NCBI GenBank assembly: GCA_012295275.1
Contig: CM022672.1
Coordinates: 18,724,001 to 18,788,000 of the forward strand
Length of the DNA stretch: 64,000 nucleotides
DNA from: Chrysomallon squamiferum
Lineage: Eukaryota > Animalia > Mollusca
Direction of reading: 5' to 3'
The notes beneath the pieces were generated by a model. The model had not been told where the DNA came from. It made no database searches and saw only the letters and a list, made by a program, of their open reading frames with translations. Made by a program: the position numbers and the translations under genes. Each line of letters begins with the position of its first letter. The first letter of the stretch is position 1. Below, piece by piece: positions 27,309 through 42,992 of the stretch.

Positions 27309-28091
27309 ATTGTATGTATATCTTTTTGTGTGTGTATTTGCATGTCTGTATATGGGTTTTCCTTTCTTTGTCTGTTTCTGTGTGGGTGTTTTCAGTCTTT
27401 GTAAATTAATCATTTTACAAACATCACCCGAAATATATTGACGAAAACAGTTCCGTTAACATATGTTCCTAGTAAACCTTAAACAAAATAATCGAACTTA
27501 TTGTGCAAATAATGCACTTATTAATAAAACCAGATATCGATAATCACATGAAAAAAAAATATATATATAGAAACAAATGTGTTAATATGTGCACTTTTCC
27601 ACGCGAGTATGTACACATATTCTTCTATTATTTAATGCTCATGAAGAAATATTTATATTTCAAAGACGTTTGTCACTTTCAACAGTTTGATGCTAAACAG
27701 AACTGGTACTAATTCGGGTTTGTAATCGCAAGATAGACAAATGCACGTCTGTTCTTTTCTTTTCTGTTTGACGTCATCTAGTCTATTCTGGCTGTGACAA
27801 AATACACAGTTCGTTTATTATAAGATTCATTCTGGCATAAACAGTTCATTAAATCTAGGGGAATAACATAGTTAAAATATTAAAATAGTTTGTACCGGGA
27901 AGTGGAAACAAGGTGAATTTTAGTGGAATCACTGTGTAACAATAACAAAATTATAATATCCTGTAGGCTGCAGAGGATTGGCTGAAAACTCATTAAATTA
28001 TTTACCAAATGTGGAGTAATATTGTTTGTTTGTATGTGTGTTTGTTTTCATCTGCGTGTCTGTATTTGTTTTGTAATAATGATAATAATAA

Positions 28092-28122
<31 letters not shown>

Positions 28123-29309
28123 AAGAAGAAGAATAGTTATAGTAATAATAATACAGTACAAAAGAAGAAACCAATTTGTTGTTTTTTTTTGGAAAAAACA
28201 GCAACAAAAAAAAAAAACAAGTTAAATACTGGACATAAAATAATTTGAGATCAATTTGTTTAAAAAAAAAATAAAACAATAAAAAAAATAATGATGATCA
28301 CGATATTGTCAAAATATAATAAAAAATTAATATAACTATGAGGTGAAAAAAAAAATTGAGATCGTCCAATTTGTACAATGTTCAGAAGCAAGAAAAAAAC
28401 CAACAAAAAAAACCCCAGAAAACACAAGCAACCCTTCTGACATTTTTTTTTCTTTTTGATTAGTTCTGTAACGAGATGTTTATGCAAAATATCGATCGTC
28501 CATCTTTTTTTTTTCTCTCATTTTTCTTCAGCTTTTTTTTTTTTTTTCAATGCTCTGTATTAACTTTTAATCCCCAATTTATTTTTTTTTTTTCCTCGTT
28601 TTTCATTTGCAGAAAAAAAAAAAATAATAATAATAATAATAACTTTTCCCTGTTCGTACTTTTTGTATTAACGATGCAAAGAAGTTATACTTTATAAAAC
28701 TTTTAATTAATGGTTTAAACCAGCGACAAAAAGGATTGTTAATATTCGTTTTACTCGATCCCGGGACAGCTTTGTAATTTGTGACAATTACATGCGACAC
28801 AACAAATCCTGTTTTTAATCTTGACAGCAATTTACGAAAATGGATTTAAAAAAAAAAAAAAAAAAAAATTAAAGGACAGGCCTGCTCGAGAGTTCGTTCA
28901 TTACGTCCCCTTCTATTTCAACTCCGTCCCACGACATTTATAAATCTTCTACGTACGCAGGAATTGTCGCCACAAAACTGCTTTGATGAAAAAGATTTAA
29001 TTTCTTCCAGTCGACCAGTTTCTCATAAAAGATATGAGAAGCGAAATTAAAATGAAAATACCATTAATATCTCAACGCACTTCTGCTGATACTTAACTAC
29101 GTTTTATTGCGAGGGCTAGTTCGAGAGTTTCCGTGTTTTATTGCCGCAGTCGTGTTAATTGTCTTGTTTCTTCGTGCTTTTCCGTGCAGTTCAGTATTTT
29201 AGTCCTTATCTCTTTCCAAATAACTAAATGTAATTATCTGTATGATTTTTTTCTTTTCTTTTCTTTCTTTATGTATGCTTATATGCGAGTATATATGTAT
29301 GAGAGTCTG

Positions 29310-29342
<33 letters not shown>

Positions 29343-29563
29343 ACATCTGGAATAATTTGTTACTTTTTATTCCGCGAAGTAAAAAAACCGAACTGTAGCG
29401 AGGCTACGCTAGGCTGCAGTCTGCATTCGACCTGAGCAGGATGAAACTGATATCTGAAGACAGTAACAAATTATTAAATGAAATTAGCTTTTTTATTTCT
29501 CATCTCACTGCTCTCGGCAGTTGTAAATTCACAGTTATTGATCTCGTTGTCGTCTCCAAAGAT

Positions 29564-29885
29564 TGTACATCAAAACAAAATAGTTCTTAAATAAAACAAT
29601 TTATTTTTTGTAGTTTTTTTTTAAATGAAAGCCGTTTTTAATAACTGTACATCAAAACAAAATAGTTCTTAAATAAAACAATTTGTTTTTTGTTGTTTTT
29701 TTAAATGAGAGGCGTTTTCAAAACTGTACATCAAATGAAAATAGTTCTTAAATAAAACATTTTTTTTTTTTTTTTTTTTTTTAAATGAGGACCGTTTTGA
29801 AAACTGTACATAAAAACAAAATAGTTCTTAAATAAAACAATTTATTTGTTATTTTTTTAAATGAGAACAGTTTTCAAAAACTGTT
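29564..29885. repeat. ~80-bp tandem repeat, 4 copies
   Basis: tgtacat..aaaatagttcttaaataaaaca..T-tract..ttaaatga..gttt starts at 29564, 29646, 29725 and 29805. Confidence 0.9.
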
Positions 29886-30113
29886 TATAAATATCTGAAC
29901 CAGCAGTTAAACACTAAAGAAGTAACTTTGAACACCATTACACACACCACACACACATGTAGCACAGATATTTTAACGAAGTAAATATAGTTCCGTGCCA
30001 AAAGCTATAGTTCTGGTTAGTGCCCGAACAAATAGAAATTTAGTCATTAAAATCTTTCCGTTACCTCATAATTAATGAAATACTTAGTAAAATACAAGAT
30101 GTATGTTGATGCC

Positions 30114-30152
30114 GATAGATAGATAGATAGACAGACAGGCAGACAGACAGAC

Positions 30153-30199
<47 letters not shown>

Positions 30200-30216
30200 T
30201 AGATAGATAGACAGAC

Positions 30217-30263
<47 letters not shown>

Positions 30264-30301
30264 CAGACGGACAGACAGATAGATATATAGATTGATTGAT
30301 T

Positions 30302-30380
<79 letters not shown>

Positions 30381-30396
30381 GGATGGATAGATAGAC

Positions 30397-30452
<56 letters not shown>

Positions 30453-30490
30453 GGATGGACAGACAGATAGATAGATATAGATAGATAGAT
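30114..30490. repeat. Long (GATA)n/(GACA)n array
   Basis: Directly visible. Confidence 0.95.
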
Positions 30491-31055
30491 GTAGATGTAG
30501 ATTTAGATATATATCATTGTATGTGCACACATCAGATATTATTCAACGCCTACATTAAACGCTGTTTAGTCTCACAAAAGTGTTTCGAGTCTGCCACAAA
30601 GGCCAGTAAATATGACCTTGTTTTACCCCTTGGGTAAAATGATCAAAGTTTAAGATTTGTTAATCAATAAATGCCGAGTGCAGCCCGGAGACAATTTCAC
30701 TGGCTCAGCTTTCTATTACAACCTGGACATCCACAAAACGGTTGATGTAGACCTGTGATGATATTTAGTTTGACCAAAAAGGATTTTTCAAAGGATATCG
30801 TCTGTATCTGACGTAATCGATTTTAAAAAAAAATATTACCTTCATTGGTTTGAAAAATAGAGGCTTAAGTAACAGTGCGTACAAAACGATGAAATGTAAT
30901 GGAAAAAGGAAATGATAGAAACGTTTGTATTTGATATTATATATATAGAGAGAGATTTGACTGGGTTTTATACTGTCTGAAAGTATGTGCATATGTAGCG
31001 TGTTTGTGTGTGGTTATAATTATATATACAGAGTATGTGTGTGAATCGGATTTTT

Positions 31056-31093
<38 letters not shown>

Positions 31094-31337
31094 GTTTCTA
31101 GAGAGATATGTATGTTTAACAGTTCTGAAATACATCCAACTATGTGTTGCTAACTTCCTTAAAGTTTAACATTTCTGACTTTGGTCTGAATTCCATGTCA
31201 GTGTTACAGGTCTATATATATTTATGTACAATAATTATTTTGACTAGTTTAAATAGACGATATTTACATTAACGTAATTACGCGGCATCAAATATCGAAA
31301 TCCACAGCATGGATCTTTACATACTTACTTACTTACT

Positions 31338-31372
<35 letters not shown>

Positions 31373-32267
31373 TTACAGTTACTATTATTACAGATGTAAA
31401 AAAAAACAATTCCGTTGATCAAAAAAAAATCTTCGTCTTTTTCTTTAAAAAGCTTAAAAAAAAAAAAATTAAAAAAAAAAAATAAAAAAATAAAATAAAA
31501 TAAGAAAACCCCCCAAAAAAATAACTGAAAACAAACAATATTTAATCTGGTTTTGAAAAAAGGAAAACAAAAAAAATTTAAAAACTGTTTAAAAATTCTC
31601 AAAGCGAAGAAGACGTGATATCACTGACACAAACATGAATTGCAACACAAATTAGATTACTCGTAGAAATCATTAGGAAACGAATGAGCTCTGAATGTGC
31701 CAAAGGACATGAAAATCAAAACTTTAGTACACTTTTCTTTTTGATGTTGAAAGAGAAAGTCTTGAACTAAATGCCCCAGATGCATTATAAATCAATAAAA
31801 AAAACACATGAAGCACAAATACTTCAGAGAGAATACGTCACAGCCGAAAGTGATCAAAAAATAAGTTCATCTTATTAACGAAAAACAGTGTAAAAGTAAT
31901 AAATAAAGACAAAAATAAAAACAAAACATGAACAAGGTATAAAAGTAACTAAAAAGTCACGTTGCTTGTCACCGATTTCAAAAGAAATAAGATTCCATTT
32001 ATCTTAAGATACTAAATTCTGACGTCCTTGACACAATAATAAAAAAATCGACCCACAAAACATTCTTCAGAGGTGATGCAACCATAAAAATTATTGCGTG
32101 TAATATTAACGTTATCAGCTAGATTCCTATCAGACTTCATTTCCAAACAAATCAAATACGGAATCCATAAAACGTCCATTTCAACACTTTGAGTTGACTA
32201 ATATCTCTCTCTCTTAGGTCTGGGTTTGATTTGTAGCTTCTTGTAACAGAACGAAGTGCACCATTTC

Positions 32268-32486
32268 TGCCAAGGAATGAAACAATTCAATATTAAATAG
32301 ACGTCCAAGAATATATTACTGGGTGCGGTTATTAATATTTGTTCTGAATTCCGAGTGTCTGATTTAACTAACTGAACAGGAAGAAATGCCAAGGAATGAA
32401 ACAATTTAGTATTCAATAAACGTTCTCTAATATATTACTGGGAACGTTAAATACATTTGTTCTGTATTTTGATTTAACTACCTGAA
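32268..32486. repeat. Diverged tandem duplication, period 119 bp
   Basis: tgccaaggaatgaaacaatt...aatatattactggg...atttgttctg...gatttaacta occurs at 32268 and 32387. Confidence 0.8.
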
Positions 32487-32839
32487 AAAAAAAAGAGATT
32501 AAAATAATTAAATAAAATTTAAATATAGCACATTACCGATAAATAGCCATCGGCTTGACTACTGTGACTTAATTTCAGACCTGCTTGTAGTAATAGTATT
32601 AGTAATAGTATTAGTATTAGTAGAAGTGGTGGTAGTAGTAGTGTATTGGTAGGAGTACAAGTGGTATTATTAGCAGCATGAGGTGTAACCAAAATAAATA
32701 CTCATATAATCACAGTATTTACACTGTGTCCATAAGAAACTGGTTACGTACGGACAAGATATGTGACAGACATCAGACGTTTCCACGAGGGAAACAGTTA
32801 CATATTCTGACAATATATTTACTGTTTTCAGTGTCTAAT

Positions 32840-33400
32840 TATATTTACATCATAACAGTGCTAATGACATTTACAAAATAACAGTGCTAATGATATTTAC
32901 AAAATAATATTGCTAATTATCTTTACAACATAGCACTTCTTGTTTATCTTTACAACAGTGCTAAAGATATTTACAACATCACGATCTTTACAGAATAATA
33001 GTGCTAACTGCATATGGAATATAACAGTGTTGACGATATCTACAACACTGCGATCTTTACAACATTATAGAGCTAAAGATATTTACAACATAACAGTGCT
33101 AATTCTATTTACAACACAATAATTCTAATGATATTTACAACATAACGATCTTTACAGGATAACAGTGCTAAGGATATTTACAACGTAACGCTGCTAACGA
33201 TATTTACAACATAACAGGGCTAACTATCTGTACAACACAGCAATGCTGTCGGTATCTAAAACATCGCGATCTTTACAACATAACAGAACTAAAGATATTT
33301 ACAAACTAACAGAGCTAAAGGTATTTACAACATTAAAGTGCTAACGACATTTACAACATAACTCTGTTACGGATGTTTACGATAGAACAGTGCTAACCAT
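32840..33400. repeat. ~26-bp minisatellite (ATTTACAACATAACAGTGCTAAnGAT), ~20 diverged copies
   Basis: atttacaac/ataacagtgctaa recurs throughout the interval. Confidence 0.85.
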
Positions 33401-34245
33401 CGACCGGGGCCATTCTGTGAAAAGGAGTGATTGCCTTTAAGAGAACCGGACACTAAGTCGATGTCTTGTGTCAGTCTGTCAGTCATGTCACCGACTCGGA
33501 TCATCTTGATAAGTTGCTGTTGGCCCGAAAGCATGTGCTGCAGATATCCGTTTTCTGAAGCATTACTCACTCTAAGCGAGGCTGACAGAGTAAAGCTGAG
33601 ATAAAGCCCGCAGTGTCAGCACAACAGCCGTATCTGTCCACACGGCAAGAATGTCCTAATGAACGTTCATCAATTGATTTCTTGGATGCTCACATAGTTT
33701 CTGAAATAACTGGTTGGCGCCTATGGATGCGTGTAGGTGATCTAGTATTGGCCCAAATAATAAATAATAATAATAAGAAGAAGAAGAAGAAGAAGAAGAA
33801 GATGAAGAAAAAGAAAAAGAAGAAGATGATGATGATGACGATGATGATGATGATGAAAAAGAAGAACAAAAACAACAACAATAACAATAGCAATAATAAT
33901 TTTAACAATAACAATAATAATAACAGTAATAATAATAACAATAATAATATTAAGAAGAAGAAGAGTAATAATAACATTAATAATAATAATAATAATTTAT
34001 TACTGCAGAAATATAGAATTATGTTTTACTTAAATTCCTTGCAGAAAATAAAAATATTCTAAAGGAAATGTATCCACAACTAATTCTTTTTTCCCTTGTT
34101 CTAGACGTTTAGTAATATTATAGTGAGTATGATTATTCAGTGTTACAAGATACTTAAAGAAGTATGTACCAAATAATACAGACAAATATTAAAGAATGTC
34201 ATCACACTCGCACACACACACATACATATTTATTATTATTTTATG

Positions 34246-34276
<31 letters not shown>

Positions 34277-37200
34277 TATTATTATTATTATTATTATATT
34301 GCTCTTTTTTTTGTGTAAGTATATATAATTTCAGTTTGCTCTTCTCCTTCTAGAATTCACTAAATTGTAAGCGGAAGCATTATATGCTTTTTCTGTATTT
34401 AGTTATGTACTTTTCATCTTGACATGTCAGTTCTGTAAAAAACAAAGGAATATTACAATCCCTGTTTTGCCAGATGAACAAAACAAAAGAAAAAGAAACA
34501 ATGAAATAAAAGAAAAAAGTTATACAGAGGATGGGGAGAAAAAACAAAGAAGAAGAAGGAAACAAATTGGTAATGAGATCGATTTTTTTAAATTAGAAGT
34601 AAAAATCGATTTTAATTTTCATGAAAATACATTTTTGTACATTGTTTCAAGGAAACTTTAATTTAATAATTACTTCAAATTAAAAAATAGACAAGTAATT
34701 TTTATTTGTTATTTTTTTTTTATTTCCTAGGAATTTTCAATTACGCCATAAAACAGCGATTTCTTTTTTCTTTCTTTTGTTTAAATGTTAATACTATTTC
34801 ATTTTCTGTCTCATTATTTAATTTCATTTCCTTTATAAAAAGAGGCATATTTATAGCTTCCAATTCACAAAATCTTTTCTTATTCTAATTTTCTTTTTTT
34901 CTTTCTTTCTTTCTATTTTTCACTGTCACTCATTTATACCTGTCTTCCTGTAGTGCACTGTCCATCAGTGCATGTGTACTTTTAACAAACATTTAATTTA
35001 CTTAAAGATTATAAATTTATAAATGATTACCAGAGTGCAGAATTTTACATCTGAACTCAGATTCAAGTCCTTACTAATGCTATTTGTTGCCAGAGTGCTT
35101 TCGAGCTGAAAGCTTAACTATTCATATGGACGTAAACCTTTAATTGGCTTCATGCGCGAACACAAGACCAGACATTTAAGTCACAAACAGAGCTGATAAA
35201 TAAATGGTTTATGGTTATGACAGAAATCTTAATATCGTGAAATAAACTGCTAACTGAAAAGGCTTGAATGAAGATTCCTGTTACCCATAAATTTTCATAG
35301 CACACCTTCAGAGACAAACAAAATGTATCGTTTGGAACAGCAGCTATTCAATCGGTTTTTTACTGATTATCATTTACGAACTTGCTAAGTGTCAGTGACT
35401 ACCAGAAACTATTACTAATGTCAAGAATCTTACTACTATAACTATTGTAGAGTATCACTGAACAGCGCAAACAATTACTGATTTCAAAACTTAGTCGATC
35501 ACACACTATCATTGATTTCAGACACAAAAATCGCGGATCACTATCTACCAAGTATCTCTATCTGCCAAAAACATTCAATACCACATAAGTATTATTCACT
35601 ATGCAAACTAGCAGTGACTTCAACAGACTATCAAAACTAACAGAAACCACTCTGTCAAAGAATAACACAAACTGTCAGAACTAACACAAGGCACTCAGAG
35701 TAAAGTTAGACCATCACAGAATAACACCAGCCATCACTGACAGCTATCAGAACAAACACAAACCACGAAGTCTGTCGGTCACAAACTACCACTGACTACA
35801 GACAAATTTTCCACAACTGCACACTCCCATTTTAACTGAATGCGAAAAATAATTACAGAAAATGTAATACAGGTAATACCAATAGCAAATACCTTCATTA
35901 CATTATTTTATTTTATTTATTTTTTGTTGGAAAATTCTCAGTCTGCTAGAAATAATTTTAGTTAGGCTAACGAATAGTCACGAACAGCTTTGCAACGTTT
36001 AGCAATGTTTTCACAGCTAACCAATACTGGAAAACCTTTCCCCAAATACGTGTGTGTTTTCTAAAACGAACAAGTCGAATCGATAACCGCGCTGTTTAAA
36101 CTTAACTCGATGATAGAGTTCTTCTCGCAAAATAAACAGAAGATGTTAATACTGTCGTTTTAAATAACATATCTCAAACGAGTAAGGGCCGAGATGAATC
36201 TATAAGTCACTGCGAATACTATTAAAGTGCCGTGATAACCTTTCAATAATTTAGCATCGGTTACTCATGTGAAAAGCAAATTCTAAGAGGTAAATAAAAC
36301 TAGTGTAGGATTTTTTTTTTTATTTTATCGTGAGTCTGCAGCTGTAATTGACTGTCAAAATGCATATAATGAGTCGCCATTGTGAAGACGTGTTTCTAAT
36401 TTATCAATAACAAGAAGAAACGATTTCGATTTTAATGACAGCAGTCTGGAGGTCAGAGGTCAAGAAACTGGCAAGATCGTAGACTGATAGACGCAAATGT
36501 ATATAAAGATTTATAGACAGATATAAATACACAGTAAGTGATAGATTATGTCGACGCACAAATGCATTACCTGGATCCACACGATTATATATGTATATAT
36601 GTATTCAGACACACATTATATGTACACATACTTACATACACATAGATACATACATATATACAAACATACATATATCATACATATAAATAAATACACAAAT
36701 ATCATACATACATATACATACTTGTTATATACCTGCATACATACATACAAACATACATATATTCATACATATACCTACTTGTTACATACATATATACATA
36801 CATACATACATACATACATACATACATACATACATACATACATACATACATACATTCATACATATACCTACTTGTTATATACCTACATACATCCTTATGC
36901 ACGTAGGTAGGCTGCATGAATGGAAAACAAATTATTCCCGTTAAATCCCCTTGTGGTCTGATAACACAAACTGTAGCACAGGTTCAGATGAGGTGAAGAT
37001 AAAGTTTATTGTATAAACACTCGGCGAATCGCAAACGGCAGTTTCTAACGAGGTTATCACTAAAAATTATTTAGATTTCTCCTGGCAGTTCCCAAGCCTC
37101 GTGGTAGCTGCTTGGAGTAATTGATCAAACTTAATTCTCTTAATAAAAAAAAAAATTAAAATATAGCCTATGATAGAGAATAGGGAATGAGAATCGTTTA

Positions 37201-37465
37201 AAGCTACAAACGTAAAGTATACTGTAAACGTAAATTTCCAATCGTATATTATTTTTATTTGAAGTAATCTTTATTTTTTTATATATTTTAGTTTTACTAC
37301 CACTACCACTGCGATTAGCACTACTAGAACTACATCTACCAATACAAGTGCTAGTACTATTATGACTACTATCAATATTACTGCTACTGCTACTACTACT
37401 ACTACTACTACAGCTGTTACTATTACTCCTCCTCCTACTACTATTATTATTGTTATTATTATTAT

Positions 37466-37575
<110 letters not shown>

Positions 37576-37734
37576 TTTGGTAATGATATGGATTACGTTT
37601 CTCTCACGGGCTTCTCAGTGACAAAAATCTGAAATTTCTGATATAATATGACAGTTTTACGATGAAGCATGATAAACTGTTCCATTTATAACAACATATA
37701 TCTTTCTTTTCACCAACAGAACCCTAGTATACGG

Positions 37735-37835
37735 CAATGGCTGGAACGGGGAAAAAAAGGTAAACCGGTTCATTTCGGGGTGGGAAGGGGGAATAGCGTG
37801 CATCACATCACCGATCTTCCAACGAACTAAATCAG
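37735..37835 (-). mobile_element. Possible 5' part of the same SINE family, strongly decayed
   Basis: ggctggaacggggaaaaaaag... resembles the recalled SINE body upstream of the core. The match is weak. Confidence 0.3.
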
Positions 37836-38506
37836 TACATTATCAACCAGAGAAATTGAAAAAAAAAAAAAAAAAAATTTGAAAAAAAAAAAAAAAAAAA
37901 AAAAAACACAAAAAAAAACAACCACATAATATATAAAAGTACCTAAAACTATATTCTTTAAAAAAAAAAAAATTTTATCATTACTTCTTTAACTGTTTAG
38001 CCATAACAAAAACAAAAGAAAACGTTGATGCCAAACAAAACAAAATAATCATTTCAGGGAATGACTGTAATTCTCACACTGTCATCTTCGATAAAATCAG
38101 CGCTATGTTAAATACGTCACATGCGCGGCTAGTGATCGTTTGATTCGAAATTATTTCTGGAACACATGACAATTTTCCGACATCTTGAACTCTGCTTGTG
38201 TTATTATCGGATTAGTTAGAGCACCACAGTTTCTGATAACCCGGTGAAGCCGTGCTTGAAAAAATACTGACAACTGGAATTAAAAAGTATTCAGTTTTTG
38301 GTATTTACTTTTTCACAAACTTCACGTTGCTTAGATGTTTATCTAATAAATGCCTGCGTCTTTCTTTTTCTTTTTTTTATCTTGCTATTTTTAAACTTTA
38401 ATTTTTTTTTTTTTTTTTTTATTTTTTTTTTAATGTTTTCAAACAAAATAATTTATTAATACTGTTGTAATTGATGTTATAATTACTATTGTTGTTGTTA
38501 CTGTTA

Positions 38507-38554
<48 letters not shown>

Positions 38555-38744
38555 CATTATTATTATTTGTCTTTCTATTGTAATTAGTTATACCTGCTCA
38601 TCATACTTTCTAATAATGTCGTATTGTGTCTTTTGATTCATCACATTCACTTGCGCTAAATTTTTCAGTTTTAGGATTTTATTTTATTTTCTGCTTTAAG
38701 ATCTATTTAATTCTGAAATAATACACAGTGTACGTATATATACA

Positions 38745-38780
<36 letters not shown>

Positions 38781-39137
38781 TATATGTATATGTATATGTA
38801 TGTATGTATGTATTGTAAGCATATATATATATATATTTATTTATTTACATTTCCTTTACCACATAAAAGTATACAAACGAGTGTGTGATGAATGTTTAAA
38901 GAGATCTGTTATTAATTGGACATGAGGTTAATAAGTCACCTCAGTAAGATGAATTCTGTAGTTGTTTTTCTGACAGCAGTTCCATTAAAAAAAGGTTTTA
39001 CCAGGAAGTAATTTCTTCCTGAAAAGAAAAACGTAATAGCCTGGTGCATATAGCCTATCATTGTATGTTGATAATTACGAGGATGTAAATGAGACTAAAC
39101 AATTTATAATTCTTTATACCGTAAAGAATTATGCATG

Positions 39138-39169
<32 letters not shown>

Positions 39170-39984
39170 TGTATGTATGTATGTGTATGTATGTATGTAT
39201 GTATTTATGTATGTATGAAAAATGTATGCGTGTATGTTTGTATGTTTGTATGTATTTATGTATTTATATATGTACGAACATTCGAACGTATGTACATATA
39301 TATGACTGTATGTATGTGTGTGTATTTATAAGAATCTATAACAATATGCATAAGTATGTCTGAATATGTGGCGAGTTCTTACATACTTGTATGTTTTATT
39401 CATATGTATACGAATTGGTCAGGTTTTATATTTACATATAAATAATATTGGTTTTTATTTATGTTTTTATGTTTAACACTAAATACTGTCACACTGAAAT
39501 TTAGTCTGAGATCACTGATTACAAACTGTATTACTAGATAATGTATATATATATGGTCACTGCTACCTCCTGTTATTCTAACAGGGTCAGTGAGAAGTGA
39601 GGATACTGGACTGATTTAATATTGGTGTGATTCTTAAACAGGTTATTGACTCAGCAATTCAATAAAATTCGCCACAGTGCTGCAATGAAGTCGTATTCTT
39701 TGCTTATTCAGAGCAGCTATAAAACGTCGGCCGTCACCGACATTGAAATTAATCATATTTGTGTTATGTTAACGACACAGATGAAAAGAAGTAACACGAC
39801 GCTTTGTATAAAAAGTAGCTTTCTCCACAGTAAAGTCAATTCCGGCACAGTTCAACTGTCTTGCGCAGACAGCTAAAATATTGCCCATGACAGATGTCTT
39901 TGGTAAAAGTGCTATAAAAGTGTTTTGCTAAAACACGGCTTTATCTAGAACAAACTGCAATAGAAGGTTTTATGACATCTTCCT

Positions 39985-40200
39985 TTTTAGGGTGTCACTA
40001 GATAATTGTCTCCAAACAACTAGATGGCAGCCATTTTGAATTTATGCAAACTAGTTTACTTCCGTTAGACCGATTTTGTCCGAATTTGGTGTTGATTCAG
40101 AGTGACCCTCGCTCCCTCGACAAAAAAACTATAAATTAATTTATAGGTTTGACATTTAATAACAGGTCATACAAAATGTTTTGAGTTATTGAAAAAAAAA
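39985..40200. mobile_element. Probable non-autonomous DNA-transposon relic
   Basis: Contains ggcagccattttgaa, ccgaatttggtg and ttttgagttattg, motifs typical of invertebrate non-autonomous elements. No ORF or confirmed termini. Confidence 0.3.
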
Positions 40201-41584
40201 GAACAAACAAACAAACAAAGAACAGAAAAAGAACTCAGAAAAGCAGAAAAGAAACATTTATTTATTACAGCAAAGTTAGTCGCGTCAAGGAATTGATCCA
40301 AAATTTAGGGGGGAAAAAAGATGTAAAATGTGACTTCAGAGATTCGTTAATTTTTTTTTTTTTTTAGCAAAATTGCTTAATGAATTGATCTAGATCTGTC
40401 TATAGTGTCTTCTACAACCATATATATTTTTATTTATTTATTATCACTGAAAGATGAGTCTTGGCAGGCAGTCGAAACGTAGTCTCGGTAACGAGGTAAC
40501 GCGAAGACCAATTAGACCCTTTATGACATCATTTAGAACGTAACGAAACGGTAAAGCGACGTTACGGAAATGAACGAGTCTAGTGATTTGTGTTAGAAAC
40601 GTGAAGATAACACCAGACGTCTGAAATACCGTCACGTGAATCGTAAATAAACGAGAATCTACGAATAATGTTACGTACATATCCTAACAGAAAGTAGATA
40701 AATGACTTGGCTATGTTTTGTTTTTTTCCTTCTTTTCATGTTTCATTTTTTTTATTTATTTTTTTTTTATTTTATTTTTGTATAACTATTTGTATATATG
40801 TATTTATTCTCTGAAAGTAAAATATTTGTTAAGTTCTGTATTTATTTATTCACTCAGTCAGTGAGTTACTCAATAATTCTTTAAATTAGTTATAAAATTT
40901 AATCATGTATAAGATCTACACATAAGTATTTTCAAGTTGACAAGACATTTCGAGGAAAAGCATTTTACAGACAATCCCCGATATATGGCTCAAAAGTTTA
41001 CTTTTTCTGTTAATAGTATACTGAGAAGTGTATGCTTTCGCTTCAGTAGGATTTCACAAAACCACATGTTTACGTATGTGGGGAGGGGGGGTATTTGTAA
41101 TCATTTTTAACAACGTGGCATGATATACTGAAGTCATTTTTTTATATATCAAACTTAAAATGACGTTAAAAGACTCCATAAAGAATTTTCTTCAAAGTCT
41201 TTCGACTTCTCTGTAATATCCTGTATTAGAAATGAATTGCAAAATATCGTAAAACTATGGAAATAAGACGTTGCATGTTAAGCCAGTGTAATTCAGTTGC
41301 TGGTTATTTTGGCGATGGTTCATGACTTTAATCAGCTCACGACCCCACAAAAAGCTTGAATTCGAAACAATAAATTCACCTGTCTAGACTGCATGTCCTT
41401 CGAGCAGAGCCATGAAATTACATTATTTTTCATTTTTTACAAAAGAAAAAAACATGACATAAAAATATGATTAAACTATGGTAAATAATGTTAGTATTTT
41501 CTTTTATGAAAATTGGTGTTTAAATCGAAGATTAGTGTGATAAAATAAAATAAAAATATTAAAAGTTATAATAATAATAATAAC

Positions 41585-41632
<48 letters not shown>

Positions 41633-42992
41633 GCATTATCCTAATTTAAAAGCGTTTCTGTTTATGAAAAATTATATTTTTTCTCAGGTAATGTCACACC
41701 CAGATGTACAGTCTCCCGCTTATACATACGTAAATGTACAAACCAACTTCCATGGGTATTTTGTACACAAGTATTTTATTATTATTATTATTATTATTAC
41801 AGAGGTGTTCAGACAGTACAAACAGTAGAATCATCCTTATCATTATCGGTAGCAATAGCAGCAGCAGTAGTAATGATTATATTAGAAGGTACTGTAGTTA
41901 TTGCTATTGAGGTTATTGTTTTTATTCTTTATCATTAACACCGTCATCAATGGTATATAGTATTGCCTTTTTATGTTAACATATTTTAATTTTACTTAGT
42001 TATATTAACCTGTTACTGCTAAGTCCTTTTAGTGTACTGGTTGTGTTTTTCTGTTTGTTGTACTCAGTATTGCAGATTCTTTCCATCAGATAAAGAAAAG
42101 AATACGCAAACACTCCAGATTGATTTGTTTTGTAAGGTCATCACTAAACCAAAACCTAAATTTGAAACCGCAAAAACCATTAACATCAAAACGTGTGGAG
42201 GTGTTGCTAAACCAAAATTCATCTAGTCAGTCAGTATGTCACATAAATAACCCAGAAACATCAGTCATCCAAATATGATATATACAGACGTATACATCAA
42301 CTACTGTTATGGATTCCCATTTTTCAAGCAACAGAAAAATTTAATTTACCAAACAGTCATTGATCGACGTGTCTCCCACGTCTCTAACTGAGTAGATCTT
42401 GCTCGAGTCTTATCAAAACTGCATCTGCGATAGATTTGTAATGGCGTGCGCGTGCAGACGTGACAACCAAGAGGACGAGAGAAGAGAAAAACGTCCGTGG
42501 TCAGATATGCTCCGTCAGTGTACGTAAGTGGCCTTTGCAGACGGTGTCAGTTTGAAATCTGGATTCGTTTTATCGCTTCGGTGGCCAGTGATTAATGCAT
42601 GCAAACCCCAAGTTGATATTAAAAACTCCTCTGTCTGGGAACGTTATCAGTCTTAGACCTGTGGGAAATCTCCGCCGTTTAGGGCCAACCTACTCTACTC
42701 TGCCCGGTTTCCCACATACAAGATGGCGTGCTGCCATAAGCTACGTAACAACGTATCATTTTTCAAGGATAACAATCTCAAAGACCTTGTTTTTTGTTTT
42801 TTTAGCGTGTTTCTCAAAAGCTTGCTCTAATTAGCACGTTCGTGTTTTCACTCATTCACTGTCTTTGGACGAGTTGAAAAACAAAACACCTACATCATGT
42901 TCTACTTTAAATGCAGCGGTTATTACCTTTATGTGATTCAGTATTATAATATTAGAAAGAAAACTAATGTATGATGTGAATCACAGGACAGC

